A stretch of DNA of 51,506 nucleotides from Candidatus Woesearchaeota archaeon. Lineage in GTDB: Archaea > Nanobdellota > Nanobdellia > Woesearchaeales > JBDRGA01. A program made the translations under genes and the position numbers. Location of the stretch: NCBI GenBank assembly GCA_043818175.1, contig JBDRGA010000056.1:1-51506 (forward strand), given 5' to 3'. The notes under the pieces were generated by a model that saw nothing but the letters and a program-made list of their open reading frames with translations, made no database searches and had not been told where the DNA came from. This document shows, in pieces, positions 18,698 through 27,912 of this stretch; within the stretch, counting starts at the first letter, position 1; the number at the start of each line of letters is the position of its first letter.

Positions 18698-18744
18698 ATG
18701 TTGTCTTTCCTGTTGGTTGACAACAATCACTTGGAGGAATTAGA

Positions 18745-21700
18745 ATGAAGGCTGAATTGATGGTAAGACAGGGAAGCAAGGGTCTGAAGATGCAACGTTA
18801 CTTTTCCAAGAAAGGTACTACGCCCTATGACCAGTTCAAGTACACCACAAGGTCAACCATCATCAAAGAGCCTAATGGAACCGTTGTCTTCCAAATGGAT
18901 AACCTAGAAGTTCCAGAACAATGGAGCCAACTGGCAACAGACATCTTATCTTCGAAATACTTCAGGAAAGCAGGAGTTCCAGGCACAGGAAGCGAAGTTA
19001 GCGTAAAACAGGTTGTCAAAAGAATTTCACATAGCATTCGCGAATACGGCGAGATGCACAAGTACTTCGAATCAAGGGAAGACGCGGATATCTTCGAGGA
19101 TGAATTGGCGTACATGCTTCTCTCTCAAACAGCAGCATTCAACAGTCCAGTGTGGTTCAACTGCGGCCTCTACCAACAGTATGGAATTGAAGGTTCTGGA
19201 GGCAATTTCGCGTGGGATTTTGAGAACAAGAAAGTAATTGAAATCAATCACGCATACATTAGACCTCAATGCAGCGCATGCTTCATTCAGGACGTTGAAG
19301 ATGACTTGATGAATATGTGGGATTTGATGAAGTCTGAAGCAAGACTCTTCAAATACGGTTCAGGAACGGGAACGAATTTCAGCAAGATACGCTCAAAGTA
19401 CGAAAAACTATCAGGCGGCGGAACTAGCTCAGGACTCCTTAGTTTCCTCGAGGTGTTTGACAGGGGCGCGGGCGCTACAAAGTCAGGCGGCACTACAAGA
19501 AGAGCAGCCAAGATGGTTATTCTAAACATAGACCATCCTGAAATTGAGGATTTCATAGACTGGAAAGTTAGGGAAGAGAAGAAAGCCAAAATCTTAATCC
19601 AGGCAGGATACGACAGCAATTTCAACGGAGAGGCTTACCATACTGTTTCTGGACAGAATTCCAACAATTCAATCAGAATAACTGACGAGTTCATGCATGC
19701 AGTAGAAAAGGATGGTTCGTGGCAGACCACCTTTAGAACAACTGGAGAAGTCCATAAAACATACAAAGCAAGATATCTTTGGAATAAGATTGCTGAAGCT
19801 GCCTGGTCGTGTGCCGACCCTGGCGTTCAATACGATACCACTATTAACGATTGGCATACCTGTCCTGCTTCAGGAAGAATCAACGCCACGAATCCTTGCG
19901 TCACTGGAGACACTAAAGTTCTTATTGAAGGCGGTCGTTGGAAACGGATAGACCAGTTGGTCGACAAAGAAACTAATATTCTAGTTAATACAGGTTACAT
20001 TGAACCTGCACGAATAGCAGGGTCGTTCCATACAGGTCATAAGCCTGTATATCTTCTAACCACCCGAAACGGATACGAGTTGAAACTCACTGCCGACCAT
20101 AAGGTGTTCACAGTCAACAGGGGCTTCGTGCCTGCAGCTGAGCTCACAAAAGATGACTTTCTCCTCCTACCTGCAAGTGAAACAGCAGTGCTCAGCGAGC
20201 CCGAGAACGCAGTATTCTTCCAAATGCTTGGTGTCTACCTAGGGGATGGGTGTGGACGAGACAGTAGGACAATACAACTAACCATGAACTCCGAACATGA
20301 GCAGCCAATCTTGGAAAAATTCGCGTCATACGTAGGAGAGACGTACGAACGACAAACCCACAAGAGCCATCCCGCCCAAGTCCAACTCACCAAGACTTCT
20401 GCCAAGTACAACATCACAAACACCACACTCGTCAAACAATTCAGCGAGTATTTTGACGTGAGTCTAGCTTCCCACCAGAAGGTCATCTCGGACGCAATAT
20501 TTGGACTGAATCTGGGTGAACAAAAATATGTTCTACAAGGCATCTTTACAGCTGATGGAACTGTCGCAAACTATGGTACAAAATCCCAGTACGTTGCGTT
20601 GGATTCAACCAGTAAGGAACTCCTCAAAGGCGTTCAAGTGCTCCTTCTAGGATTTGGCATTAAGAGCAAATTGTACCCGGACAGACGAGCGGGAAAGACA
20701 ACCGCGTTCCTCCCTGACGGAAAAGGAGGTCTTAGCGAATATCCCGTTCGGGAAATGCACTCTCTGCGCATCAGCAAGGATGGCAGGAAGAAATTCGAGG
20801 AACTCATCGGATTTATGCCTGAAAGCCCGAAGCAGGCAAGACTCGCACGTCTGAATGAAGAAGTATCAACATACCATGAAAGACCATTCGAACAAGTCGC
20901 CACTCTAGAATATATTGGTATGGAAGATGTGTATGACTTGACTGAGTCACGAACTCACACTTTCGTTGCAAACGGAATAACCATCCATAACTGCAGTGAG
21001 TATGTCTTCCTCGACAACACAGCATGCAACCTTGCTTCAATAAACCTGATGAAGTTGACAGACGAAAACGGCCATTTCGATCTTAAGGGATACCAGCACG
21101 TTGCACGCATTATTTTCGCGGCGCAGGAAATGCTTGTTGATTTCTCAAGCTATCCAACCATGAGCATCGCGGAGCGTTCCCATATGTATAGAACAATTGG
21201 ACTAGGATACGCAAATCTTGGAACGTTCCTCATGGTTAATGGAGTTCCTTATGACTCAGAAAAGGGAACTGCCATTTCCGGTGCGCTGACTGCAATACTG
21301 ACTGGAACTGGTTTCTTAACGAGCGCTGAGATAGCATCATACTTAGGTCCATTTGAGGACTACCAGAAGAATAGTACTTCAATGCTTAAAGTAATGAACA
21401 AGCATAGGGACGCAACATACAAACTAGATGTCAGACACACCCCTGAACAAATGCTTCAAACAGCCCGCGAAGTTTGGGATGAAGTAATCCCACTTGGCGA
21501 GTCATTTGGTTTCAGGAACGCCCAAGCAACCGTTCTTGCACCAACTGGCACGATAGGATTACTTATGGATTGCGACACTACAGGCGTTGAACCTGACTTT
21601 TCTCTTGTGAAGTTCAAGAAACTTGCAGGAGGTGGTTACTTTAAGATAATTAACCAGAGCATTCCAAAGGCATTGAAGAACCTTGGATACACAGTTGAAC

Positions 21701-22836
21701 AGATGGATGATGTCATAACATATATGCTTGGAAATCCAATGTTGAGCCAGGGTCCTATTGATTTGAAACAAGCAGGATTTACATCTGAACAGATTCTGAG
21801 GGCTGAAGAAGCAGTGAGGGAAGAAAGGAACTGGGGCGATTGGAGTCCGGAAATTAACCCTGCAAGTTTGAAGAAGAAAGGCGTTTCAGAGGAAGATATT
21901 CAGGCATTGGGCTTGTTCGCGAATGGCGCGCAAACCGTTGAAGGCGCACCACACTTAAAAGAATCACAGTACGCAGCATTTGATTGCGCTAACGCATGTG
22001 GCATAGGAAAAAGGTTCATTGATCCTTTGGGACATGTAAGAATGATGGCTGCCGTTCAACCCTTCCTTTCTGGTGCTATCTCGAAGACTGTGAACGTGCC
22101 AAACTCTGCAACTGTTGAAGACATTAAGGACATTTATTATCAGGGATGGAAGCTTGGGTTGAAAGCTATTGCTTTGTATCGTGATGGCTCAAAGGGCTCT
22201 CAGCCATTGAACACTGCTGAAGATAAGAAGAAAGTTGAGACAATTGTTCTTCCCGCAAAGCGCGACCTTCCAAATGAACGCATTGGAAGAACTTGGGAAG
22301 TACGCATTGGTGGACATAAGATGTTCATAAGAACCGGAGAATATGAAGACGGCTCTCTTGGAGAAATCTTCTTGGACATGCATAAGGAAGGTGCTTCTTT
22401 CAGAAGTTTGCTTAACTGCTTTGCCATTTCTGTTAGTTATGGATTGCAGCATGGCGTTCCGTTGGAGAAGTACGTGAACGGGTTTACTTTTACGAAGTTC
22501 GAGCCGAATGGGATGACAGACCATCCTTACGTGCGTTCTGGAACCTCCGTGCTTGATTTGGTGTTTAGGATTCTGGGTTATACTTATCTTGGAAGGACTG
22601 ATTTCCTTCATGTTAAGCCCGGAGAGAAACAAATTACTCTTGCCCCAGAAGAAAAGGTGGACAAGCAGACAATTCTCTCAAAGGAAAAGAAGAGTAATAA
22701 GAGTGAAATCAAAGATGAACAACTTGCTGGTATGATGGGGGATGCTCCCCCTTGCAACATCTGCGGTCACATAACAATAAGGAACGGCACCTGCTACAAA
22801 TGCTTGAACTGCGGGAATAGCATGGGATGTTCTTAG
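18745..22836 (+). CDS. nrdJ: Class II (adenosylcobalamin-dependent) ribonucleotide reductase with intein
   Basis: FNSPVWFN, QCSACFI, GGTTRRAAKM, NP|CSE, APTGTIG, GAISKTVN, C-terminal CxxC..CxxC..GCS. Confidence 0.95.
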   Translation: MKAELMVRQGSKGLKMQRYFSKKGTTPYDQFKYTTRSTIIKEPNGTVVFQMDNLEVPEQWSQLATDILSSKYFRKAGVPGTGSEVSVKQVVKRISHSIREYGEMHKYFESREDADIFEDELAYMLLSQTAAFNSPVWFNCGLYQQYGIEGSGGNFAWDFENKKVIEINHAYIRPQCSACFIQDVEDDLMNMWDLMKSEARLFKYGSGTGTNFSKIRSKYEKLSGGGTSSGLLSFLEVFDRGAGATKSGGTTRRAAKMVILNIDHPEIEDFIDWKVREEKKAKILIQAGYDSNFNGEAYHTVSGQNSNNSIRITDEFMHAVEKDGSWQTTFRTTGEVHKTYKARYLWNKIAEAAWSCADPGVQYDTTINDWHTCPASGRINATNPCVTGDTKVLIEGGRWKRIDQLVDKETNILVNTGYIEPARIAGSFHTGHKPVYLLTTRNGYELKLTADHKVFTVNRGFVPAAELTKDDFLLLPASETAVLSEPENAVFFQMLGVYLGDGCGRDSRTIQLTMNSEHEQPILEKFASYVGETYERQTHKSHPAQVQLTKTSAKYNITNTTLVKQFSEYFDVSLASHQKVISDAIFGLNLGEQKYVLQGIFTADGTVANYGTKSQYVALDSTSKELLKGVQVLLLGFGIKSKLYPDRRAGKTTAFLPDGKGGLSEYPVREMHSLRISKDGRKKFEELIGFMPESPKQARLARLNEEVSTYHERPFEQVATLEYIGMEDVYDLTESRTHTFVANGITIHNCSEYVFLDNTACNLASINLMKLTDENGHFDLKGYQHVARIIFAAQEMLVDFSSYPTMSIAERSHMYRTIGLGYANLGTFLMVNGVPYDSEKGTAISGALTAILTGTGFLTSAEIASYLGPFEDYQKNSTSMLKVMNKHRDATYKLDVRHTPEQMLQTAREVWDEVIPLGESFGFRNAQATVLAPTGTIGLLMDCDTTGVEPDFSLVKFKKLAGGGYFKIINQSIPKALKNLGYTVEQMDDVITYMLGNPMLSQGPIDLKQAGFTSEQILRAEEAVREERNWGDWSPEINPASLKKKGVSEEDIQALGLFANGAQTVEGAPHLKESQYAAFDCANACGIGKRFIDPLGHVRMMAAVQPFLSGAISKTVNVPNSATVEDIKDIYYQGWKLGLKAIALYRDGSKGSQPLNTAEDKKKVETIVLPAKRDLPNERIGRTWEVRIGGHKMFIRTGEYEDGSLGEIFLDMHKEGASFRSLLNCFAISVSYGLQHGVPLEKYVNGFTFTKFEPNGMTDHPYVRSGTSVLDLVFRILGYTYLGRTDFLHVKPGEKQITLAPEEKVDKQTILSKEKKSNKSEIKDEQLAGMMGDAPPCNICGHITIRNGTCYKCLNCGNSMGCS
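19897..20991 (+). mobile_element. Intein (365 aa) with LAGLIDADG homing endonuclease
   Basis: Starts CVTGDT, block B LTADH, LGVYLGDG and LQGIFTADG, VYDL, ends IHN followed by Cys. Confidence 0.95.
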
Positions 22837-22845
22837 AATTTTCTT

Positions 22846-23295
22846 TTACGCTTCAACCCTTTTTTCTCCTTTGACGAAGAGCGGATATACTGCGCTGGTT
22901 CTCACATCGGGAAAGTTTGGCCCAAGGAACTCACGTACTGCTTCCGCGTCTTGTCTTGCTGATTCCCGCAAAGGCAGTACAGCAACGTAAGCAATGTTGC
23001 CATTTAAGGAGCAACCTGGGAATTCCACTACGTGAACCACAGGGATTTCTTTCACTCTCCGCATTAGTCGTTTGACACCTGACAATTCATCAGGACGTGC
23101 CTTACGCGTGAGTACGAAACCTGAATAGCCATCCATTGACTCTGTGGCTGTGTTGTATGGCGATACTGAGTAAGTTGTGCTACTTCCATTATTGCCTATT
23201 GAGATTCGTTCTCTGGCAAGAAAAGAATCCAGAGATTCACTTGCTGCGACTGGTTCGGGCGTTTCAACTCTTTCAGGCGCGTATGCAAAGCCCAT
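22846..23295 (-). CDS. Hypothetical protein
   Basis: Starts 1 nt after the upstream gene's stop. Confidence 0.55.
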   Translation of the reverse strand: MGFAYAPERVETPEPVAASESLDSFLARERISIGNNGSSTTYSVSPYNTATESMDGYSGFVLTRKARPDELSGVKRLMRRVKEIPVVHVVEFPGCSLNGNIAYVAVLPLRESARQDAEAVREFLGPNFPDVRTSAVYPLFVKGEKRVEA

Positions 23296-23296
23296 C

Positions 23297-23959
23297 TTAG
23301 TAGAAAACGTTTACTTTCGTGCAGACCTTGCCGTTGCAGACTAGGCCGTCGGTGTACCTGAATCCCCAGAAGGCACTGTTTGGTGTGTTTCCTGTTACTG
23401 GTCCTATGTAGTATTGGCTGTCCCATAACTCCATGTTCCAGTAGATTCCGCCTTGTTCGTAGTTTCTCTGCTTCAATGCGTTGTTGGTTGAATCTGCTGA
23501 GGATTGTGCAAACTGTGCTTTCTTTCCTGTGGTTGCGTCGTAGTATCCCGCTTCAAAACCATAATCATATGCTTGCGCGTCTCTTGCGCTTGCTTTTTGT
23601 AGGTATTTGTATGCGAGACCCATTGCTTCGTAATCATTAACTCCCGAATCCAGTTTATCTCCAGTCTGCCATCCTAGATTGTACCCTCTGGTGAACTGTT
23701 GGATTTCTGATTGTGTTGCCTGTGCCATGAATGCTTGAACGCTGTACTCAGGTATTTGTGGTAGGTAACCAAATGGTGTGTATTGCGATGGTGCGGGCAA
23801 TTCGTATGCTGTGTAAGGAACTCTGTAGCTTGGACCATCTCCTATTGTGGTGTGAATGCTTTGTCTGCACCCTGTTACACAATTGGAATGTTGGTACGTA
23901 TACGCTGAGACGCCCGTTATGAGCAAGAGCGCGATTCCTAGTAAGATTATTTGTTTCAT
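23297..23959 (-). CDS. Secreted hypothetical protein
   Basis: Signal peptide MKQIILLGIALLLITGVSA; Tyr/Gly-rich; Cys pairs at both ends. Confidence 0.7.
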   Translation of the reverse strand: MKQIILLGIALLLITGVSAYTYQHSNCVTGCRQSIHTTIGDGPSYRVPYTAYELPAPSQYTPFGYLPQIPEYSVQAFMAQATQSEIQQFTRGYNLGWQTGDKLDSGVNDYEAMGLAYKYLQKASARDAQAYDYGFEAGYYDATTGKKAQFAQSSADSTNNALKQRNYEQGGIYWNMELWDSQYYIGPVTGNTPNSAFWGFRYTDGLVCNGKVCTKVNVFY

Positions 23960-23962
23960 TGT

Positions 23963-24337
23963 TCAGCAGTTGAAATGATGGTATCTGTATCCTTGCCAGT
24001 AATCTCCGCCACCGTAAGGGCAGGGCACTCCGTAAGGGTATGAAGGCATGCGGTAGTTGTAGTAAGAATTGTATCCAGAATATCCTCCGTAGTATCCGCC
24101 ATACTGCCCACCATGGTAGTTGCCGTAGTAGTTTCCATAGTTATTTCCGTATCCGTAATGGTAGTAGACTGGATAACTTGGGTAATAAACATGGTATGTG
24201 TTGTAGTTTTGGTAACCACAGCCTGAGCCTATGCAGCTGTATCCTTGGTTGCCATAATACCCATAATCAACGTAAGCGCTTGCTGCAGCAGCGAAGAGTG
24301 CTAATGCCAGTATTACTCCCAGGATGAATTTCTTCAT
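23963..24337 (-). CDS. Secreted Tyr/Gly/Asn-rich low-complexity protein
   Basis: Signal peptide MKKFILGVILALALFAAAASA; YG/YYG repeats. Confidence 0.7.
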   Translation of the reverse strand: MKKFILGVILALALFAAAASAYVDYGYYGNQGYSCIGSGCGYQNYNTYHVYYPSYPVYYHYGYGNNYGNYYGNYHGGQYGGYYGGYSGYNSYYNYRMPSYPYGVPCPYGGGDYWQGYRYHHFNC

Positions 24338-24393
24338 AGCTAACATACCCCCGTTGCTACTAGTAAGTGAATTGGTATATAAAAAGGTTTCCC

Positions 24394-24927
24394 CTAATCA
24401 AACTTGAACATATCCCCTAGATCAAAAGGAGAAGAAGGTTGAGGAGCTCCAGCGGCGTTTTCAGCTAGCGGCTCCCCAACCGACTTCTGCGGGTGGGGGT
24501 TGGAAGAAAGTTCTTTTGTGATGTCAAAGGCCAAGGGGTCGTCCTTCTCCACTGGTGCGTTCACATCGGGGACGTCCTGCACCTTGCGCTGTTCCTCTGT
24601 TTTGTTCTGTCTTACTATGAAACTGTCCTGCTGCACAGGTTTCTCATCTTGAACCTCGAATGGGTCTTCCTCTTTCTTTATGACGCCCATGAGGTTGTCT
24701 GCTTTTTCCTTTAACTCGTTTGACACTTCAGCCACTTTGCCATTGTGCATCTTGAATCCAAAGGTATTCGCTTCTCTTGTGCCTTCAAAGCGCTTCTGCA
24801 CCGCCAGTTCTGTGTTCAGCATTCCTTCTGCTAGTCTTCGGGCTTCTGTCTCTGATGCTGCTAAGCCATTGCGTTTTAGGGTAGCTATGATATCTTCCCT
24901 TCGCTTCACATATTCGTTCGCCAGCAT
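24394..24927 (-). CDS. Hypothetical protein
   Basis: Start trimmed to ATG 24927 (AGGTGA RBS, TATA about 24996-25005); the longer ORF crosses the transposon end. Confidence 0.6.
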   Translation of the reverse strand: MLANEYVKRREDIIATLKRNGLAASETEARRLAEGMLNTELAVQKRFEGTREANTFGFKMHNGKVAEVSNELKEKADNLMGVIKKEEDPFEVQDEKPVQQDSFIVRQNKTEEQRKVQDVPDVNAPVEKDDPLAFDITKELSSNPHPQKSVGEPLAENAAGAPQPSSPFDLGDMFKFD

Positions 24928-25010
24928 CGTTTCGCTCACCTGTTTTCCCGTACTAGTATACCTTTTCAGTAACTTAGATACAGAAGAAGCTACTTGTATA
25001 TAAATATTTC

Positions 25011-25019
25011 GGAAATGAC
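25011..25019 (+). repeat. Left target-site duplication GGAAATGAC
   Basis: Identical to 32201-32209 and directly abuts the left TIR. Confidence 0.9.
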
Positions 25020-25166
25020 GGCTTTGCACAAATAATGCTGTTTGCACAAAAAATAGGCAGAATTGCACATTTATTCGGAAAAGAAGGTTAAAATGAACAT
25101 TTTAGTAAAATGTCACTGGACACGACTACGGAGGGTATAAATATGAACCTTGATAACTATCTGTTT

Positions 25167-25739
25167 ATGGACTATTTTGTTATAGATGTAGAAACAGCGC
25201 CAGTGGACACGAAGAAGTATTCCGAGACCTTGGATGAGAAGAAAGCTGAATTCCTCAATCCACTTGATTCTAAGATTGTTGCAATTGGGCTCAGGTACAA
25301 GAATGAAAATAAAGTGTTTCTGGACTTAAAAGATGAAAAGAAGATACTGGAGGACTTCTGGGCAGAGTGGAGTTCGATAAAGAGGGGAAACCCCTCTTTC
25401 GCTGTTGTTGGATTTAATATCAATGCTTTTGACCTTCCAATGCTCGTAGGACGAAGCTTCATTCAAAACGTGTCAGTCAGTGCTTTTGTTTTAAAGGAAA
25501 TTATTGATTTACGACAGAAGCTCTCTGTTTACGCGTATAAGCCACGGGGAAAGTTAAAGGAATATGCGGAATTGGTCGGCTTAGACATCGGGCCAGAAAA
25601 TGGAAGCATGGTTGCGAATTGGGTTGAACAGGGCAAGACTGAAGTCCTTTCAAAGTACTTGAAGTCAGATTTGGAGATAACGGACGCGTTGTTCAAACGT
25701 GCAGAGAATTTAAATATCATACAAATTAATAAGTGGTAG
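25167..25739 (+). CDS. DEDDy (DnaQ/RNase H-like) 3'-5' exonuclease
   Basis: IDVET (ExoI), GFNINAFDL (ExoII), YLKSDL (ExoIII); start could be 25110 or 25143. Confidence 0.82.
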   Translation: MDYFVIDVETAPVDTKKYSETLDEKKAEFLNPLDSKIVAIGLRYKNENKVFLDLKDEKKILEDFWAEWSSIKRGNPSFAVVGFNINAFDLPMLVGRSFIQNVSVSAFVLKEIIDLRQKLSVYAYKPRGKLKEYAELVGLDIGPENGSMVANWVEQGKTEVLSKYLKSDLEITDALFKRAENLNIIQINKW

Positions 25740-25746
25740 GAAAGAC

Positions 25747-26256
25747 ATGAACCAGATATTTCAATATCCAATCAACGAGAAACTGTCAGAAGCAGTCCTG
25801 TTTATTCTAAAGAATACAAAGGCCTCGAATATTGGACGAAAGAAACTTGCGAAGCTGCTTTACTTTGCAGATTTCAAACACTACAAGAAGACTTACAACT
25901 CAATCACAGGGGAGCAATATAGTAGATGGGAATACGGGCCGTTTCCCAAAAAACTCTATCCAACTCTCGACTATCTGAAAGCAAAAGGGCAAATCAAAAT
26001 CGAAGATGTAAAGTATGCAGAGGAGAAGATTGGCAAAAACATGACCATCCTGAAGACGTTTGAACCGACACACCTCTCGCAGGAAGAACAAGACGATATT
26101 CTTAGCATCTTGGCCAAATTAGGTTCATTCACAGGGAAACAGCTAGAAGATTTGTCTCACGACGACACACCCTGGCAAGTAACTGGTGAGCAAAATATCA
26201 TAGATTATGATTTAGTGTTTTATAGAGACGAGGAAACAATTGAGCAGGTAGAATAA
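25747..26256 (+). CDS. Panacea/SocA-like (DUF4065) antitoxin
   Basis: KLAKLLYFAD...ITG..Y....YGP...LEDLSH.DTPW. Confidence 0.85.
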   Translation: MNQIFQYPINEKLSEAVLFILKNTKASNIGRKKLAKLLYFADFKHYKKTYNSITGEQYSRWEYGPFPKKLYPTLDYLKAKGQIKIEDVKYAEEKIGKNMTILKTFEPTHLSQEEQDDILSILAKLGSFTGKQLEDLSHDDTPWQVTGEQNIIDYDLVFYRDEETIEQVE

Positions 26257-26257
26257 A

Positions 26258-26671
26258 GTGGACTCTGAATACACAGTATTAGAGTCTCCTGACTTTTATA
26301 AGCACTATAAAAAAGTCCGCAAGAAATATAAACATACGTTTGACAATGATTTTAAGCTAGCAATCCAAGTTATCACCAAGAAACTTGCAATTCTTAATGG
26401 TAATTACTTGAACCTCCCAGGGACGCCAAAGACGGTTGATGGCCTAGGAGAAAAGGCTACGCATGCAGTGGTCTACACACGAGTTCACATAAGAGAAGCA
26501 CAAGACAAGGTGGGGAGGCTTGTCTACATTGTCGATAAGTCGCGTGAAAGGATATATCTAATAGATGTATACTACAAGTCAGAACGGGAAGACCCCGACA
26601 AAGCAATCTGTGCCAAAGGCCACATGGACTATGATGCTTTCATTGAAGCCGAAGAGAAACAAAAAGAATAG
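26258..26671 (+). CDS. Putative RelE/ParE-superfamily toxin
   Basis: F.KHYKK, GRLVY, IYLIDVYYKSE; 1 nt after the Panacea gene. Confidence 0.65.
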   Translation: MDSEYTVLESPDFYKHYKKVRKKYKHTFDNDFKLAIQVITKKLAILNGNYLNLPGTPKTVDGLGEKATHAVVYTRVHIREAQDKVGRLVYIVDKSRERIYLIDVYYKSEREDPDKAICAKGHMDYDAFIEAEEKQKE

Positions 26672-26769
26672 GACGAAGACAACAAATAGTCAACACGAGG
26701 TTACCAGATAACGAACAGGCGATATTATTGTGCGGGTTTTAAATATAGGAAGACCTACGTTTAAATACC

Positions 26770-27159
26770 ATGACAGCAAAAGTTGACGTAACAAAAGAGG
26801 CATACTTTCGCAGCATATTTGAAAGACTTCTTGCCGCGTCTCCTAATGGCACCTACGCTACAGACCTAATCAAAGAGCTAGGTCTGAAGTACACGGAAGT
26901 TAACGAAGTAGTGCATTATCTCAAGGATTGTGGCGTAGTACGCATTCTTTATCCAGATAAAGACTTCTACAGGTTCGCAGGAGAATCGCCTGAGTACTTT
27001 TTAGTACAACCATTTCCCGAGAAACTACTTTCGAAATATAATGATATTTATACATTTAGGGGCTGGATTAGAAGAGCCAAGGACTACAGCTTCATAATAT
27101 CACTCATCACGGCTCTCGTAGCTGCTATATCGCTTATCGTCACACTATCTCACGGCTGA
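26770..27159 (+). CDS. Hypothetical wHTH-like protein with C-terminal TM helix
   Basis: ATDLIKELGL...VNEVVHYLKDCGVV; hydrophobic C-terminus; own TATA (TTTTAAATA). Confidence 0.6.
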   Translation: MTAKVDVTKEAYFRSIFERLLAASPNGTYATDLIKELGLKYTEVNEVVHYLKDCGVVRILYPDKDFYRFAGESPEYFLVQPFPEKLLSKYNDIYTFRGWIRRAKDYSFIISLITALVAAISLIVTLSHG

Positions 27160-27357
27160 AAACATTTCGGGTTTTTGGGGATAAGGCATTTAAAACCAGG
27201 AGAGTTTTATACCTTATGAATTGGATTCAGATAGGATTGTCAAAGGAAGAATTTGAAGGAGTGCGTATGTTAGCTATTATGAGATGGAAGTTGGGAGAAT
27301 GGGAAAAAATCAAATGATTGCCGAACGATTTTTAAATTCGGCTTGATTTCTTTCTGT

Positions 27358-27912
27358 ATGGCTGGTGACCCTGATTTCTGGAAGAAGGCAGGATATAATG
27401 AAGCATACTGGGCCAAACATAAGGCCAATGTGGATGACGTTATTAACCGAATCAAGGAAAAATTTCCACAACTTGAAGGTTGCTTTAAGAAAGGTTTGGG
27501 TGCTGACACGTCTGAGTATTTGAAATTCAAGCCTAATGATAAGTCTGAAGCGGACATTAAGGTGCATAAGCCGTCTTATGTTCCTCTTTGTGACATCGAA
27601 GTTACTGGAAGCGACCGCATAGTGCCAGGTCCTACTAGCCCATTATGGGTGCTAAAATCAAAATGGGACTATGCAAAGAAATCAGAGTTACCGTATTGGG
27701 TTGTATTAATATATCCAAAATCTCAGGAGAGGATGTTTGTCGTTAACGAAGCGATTATCTCGAAGTATGAGAAGAATCTGGTTCACCCTAGAATCAAGAT
27801 TGACTCAAAAACAGGAGCTAAGATTCCAGAGACTTATATCGAGATTCCTGCAAGCGACGCTTTGACAATGGAAGGATTGTTTAGTTTTATTCAAGAAGAA
27901 CTAGACAGTTAA
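27358..27912 (+). CDS. Putative PD-(D/E)XK-like nuclease
   Basis: ADIKV...CDIEVTG resembles a restriction-like active site; convergent with the RM gene. Confidence 0.5.
   Translation: MAGDPDFWKKAGYNEAYWAKHKANVDDVINRIKEKFPQLEGCFKKGLGADTSEYLKFKPNDKSEADIKVHKPSYVPLCDIEVTGSDRIVPGPTSPLWVLKSKWDYAKKSELPYWVVLIYPKSQERMFVVNEAIISKYEKNLVHPRIKIDSKTGAKIPETYIEIPASDALTMEGLFSFIQEELDS

Noticed and set aside
18583-18744. Cobalamin riboswitch before the B12-dependent nrdJ
   Set aside because: Only GACCTGCC resembles the B12 box; the other conserved elements are absent
23956-24219. Thr-rich ORF
   Set aside because: Alternative-frame shadow of the Tyr-rich gene; no signal peptide or independent start evidence
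24928-25068. N-terminal extension of ORF 24394..25068
   Set aside because: Crosses the promoter, TSD and transposon left end
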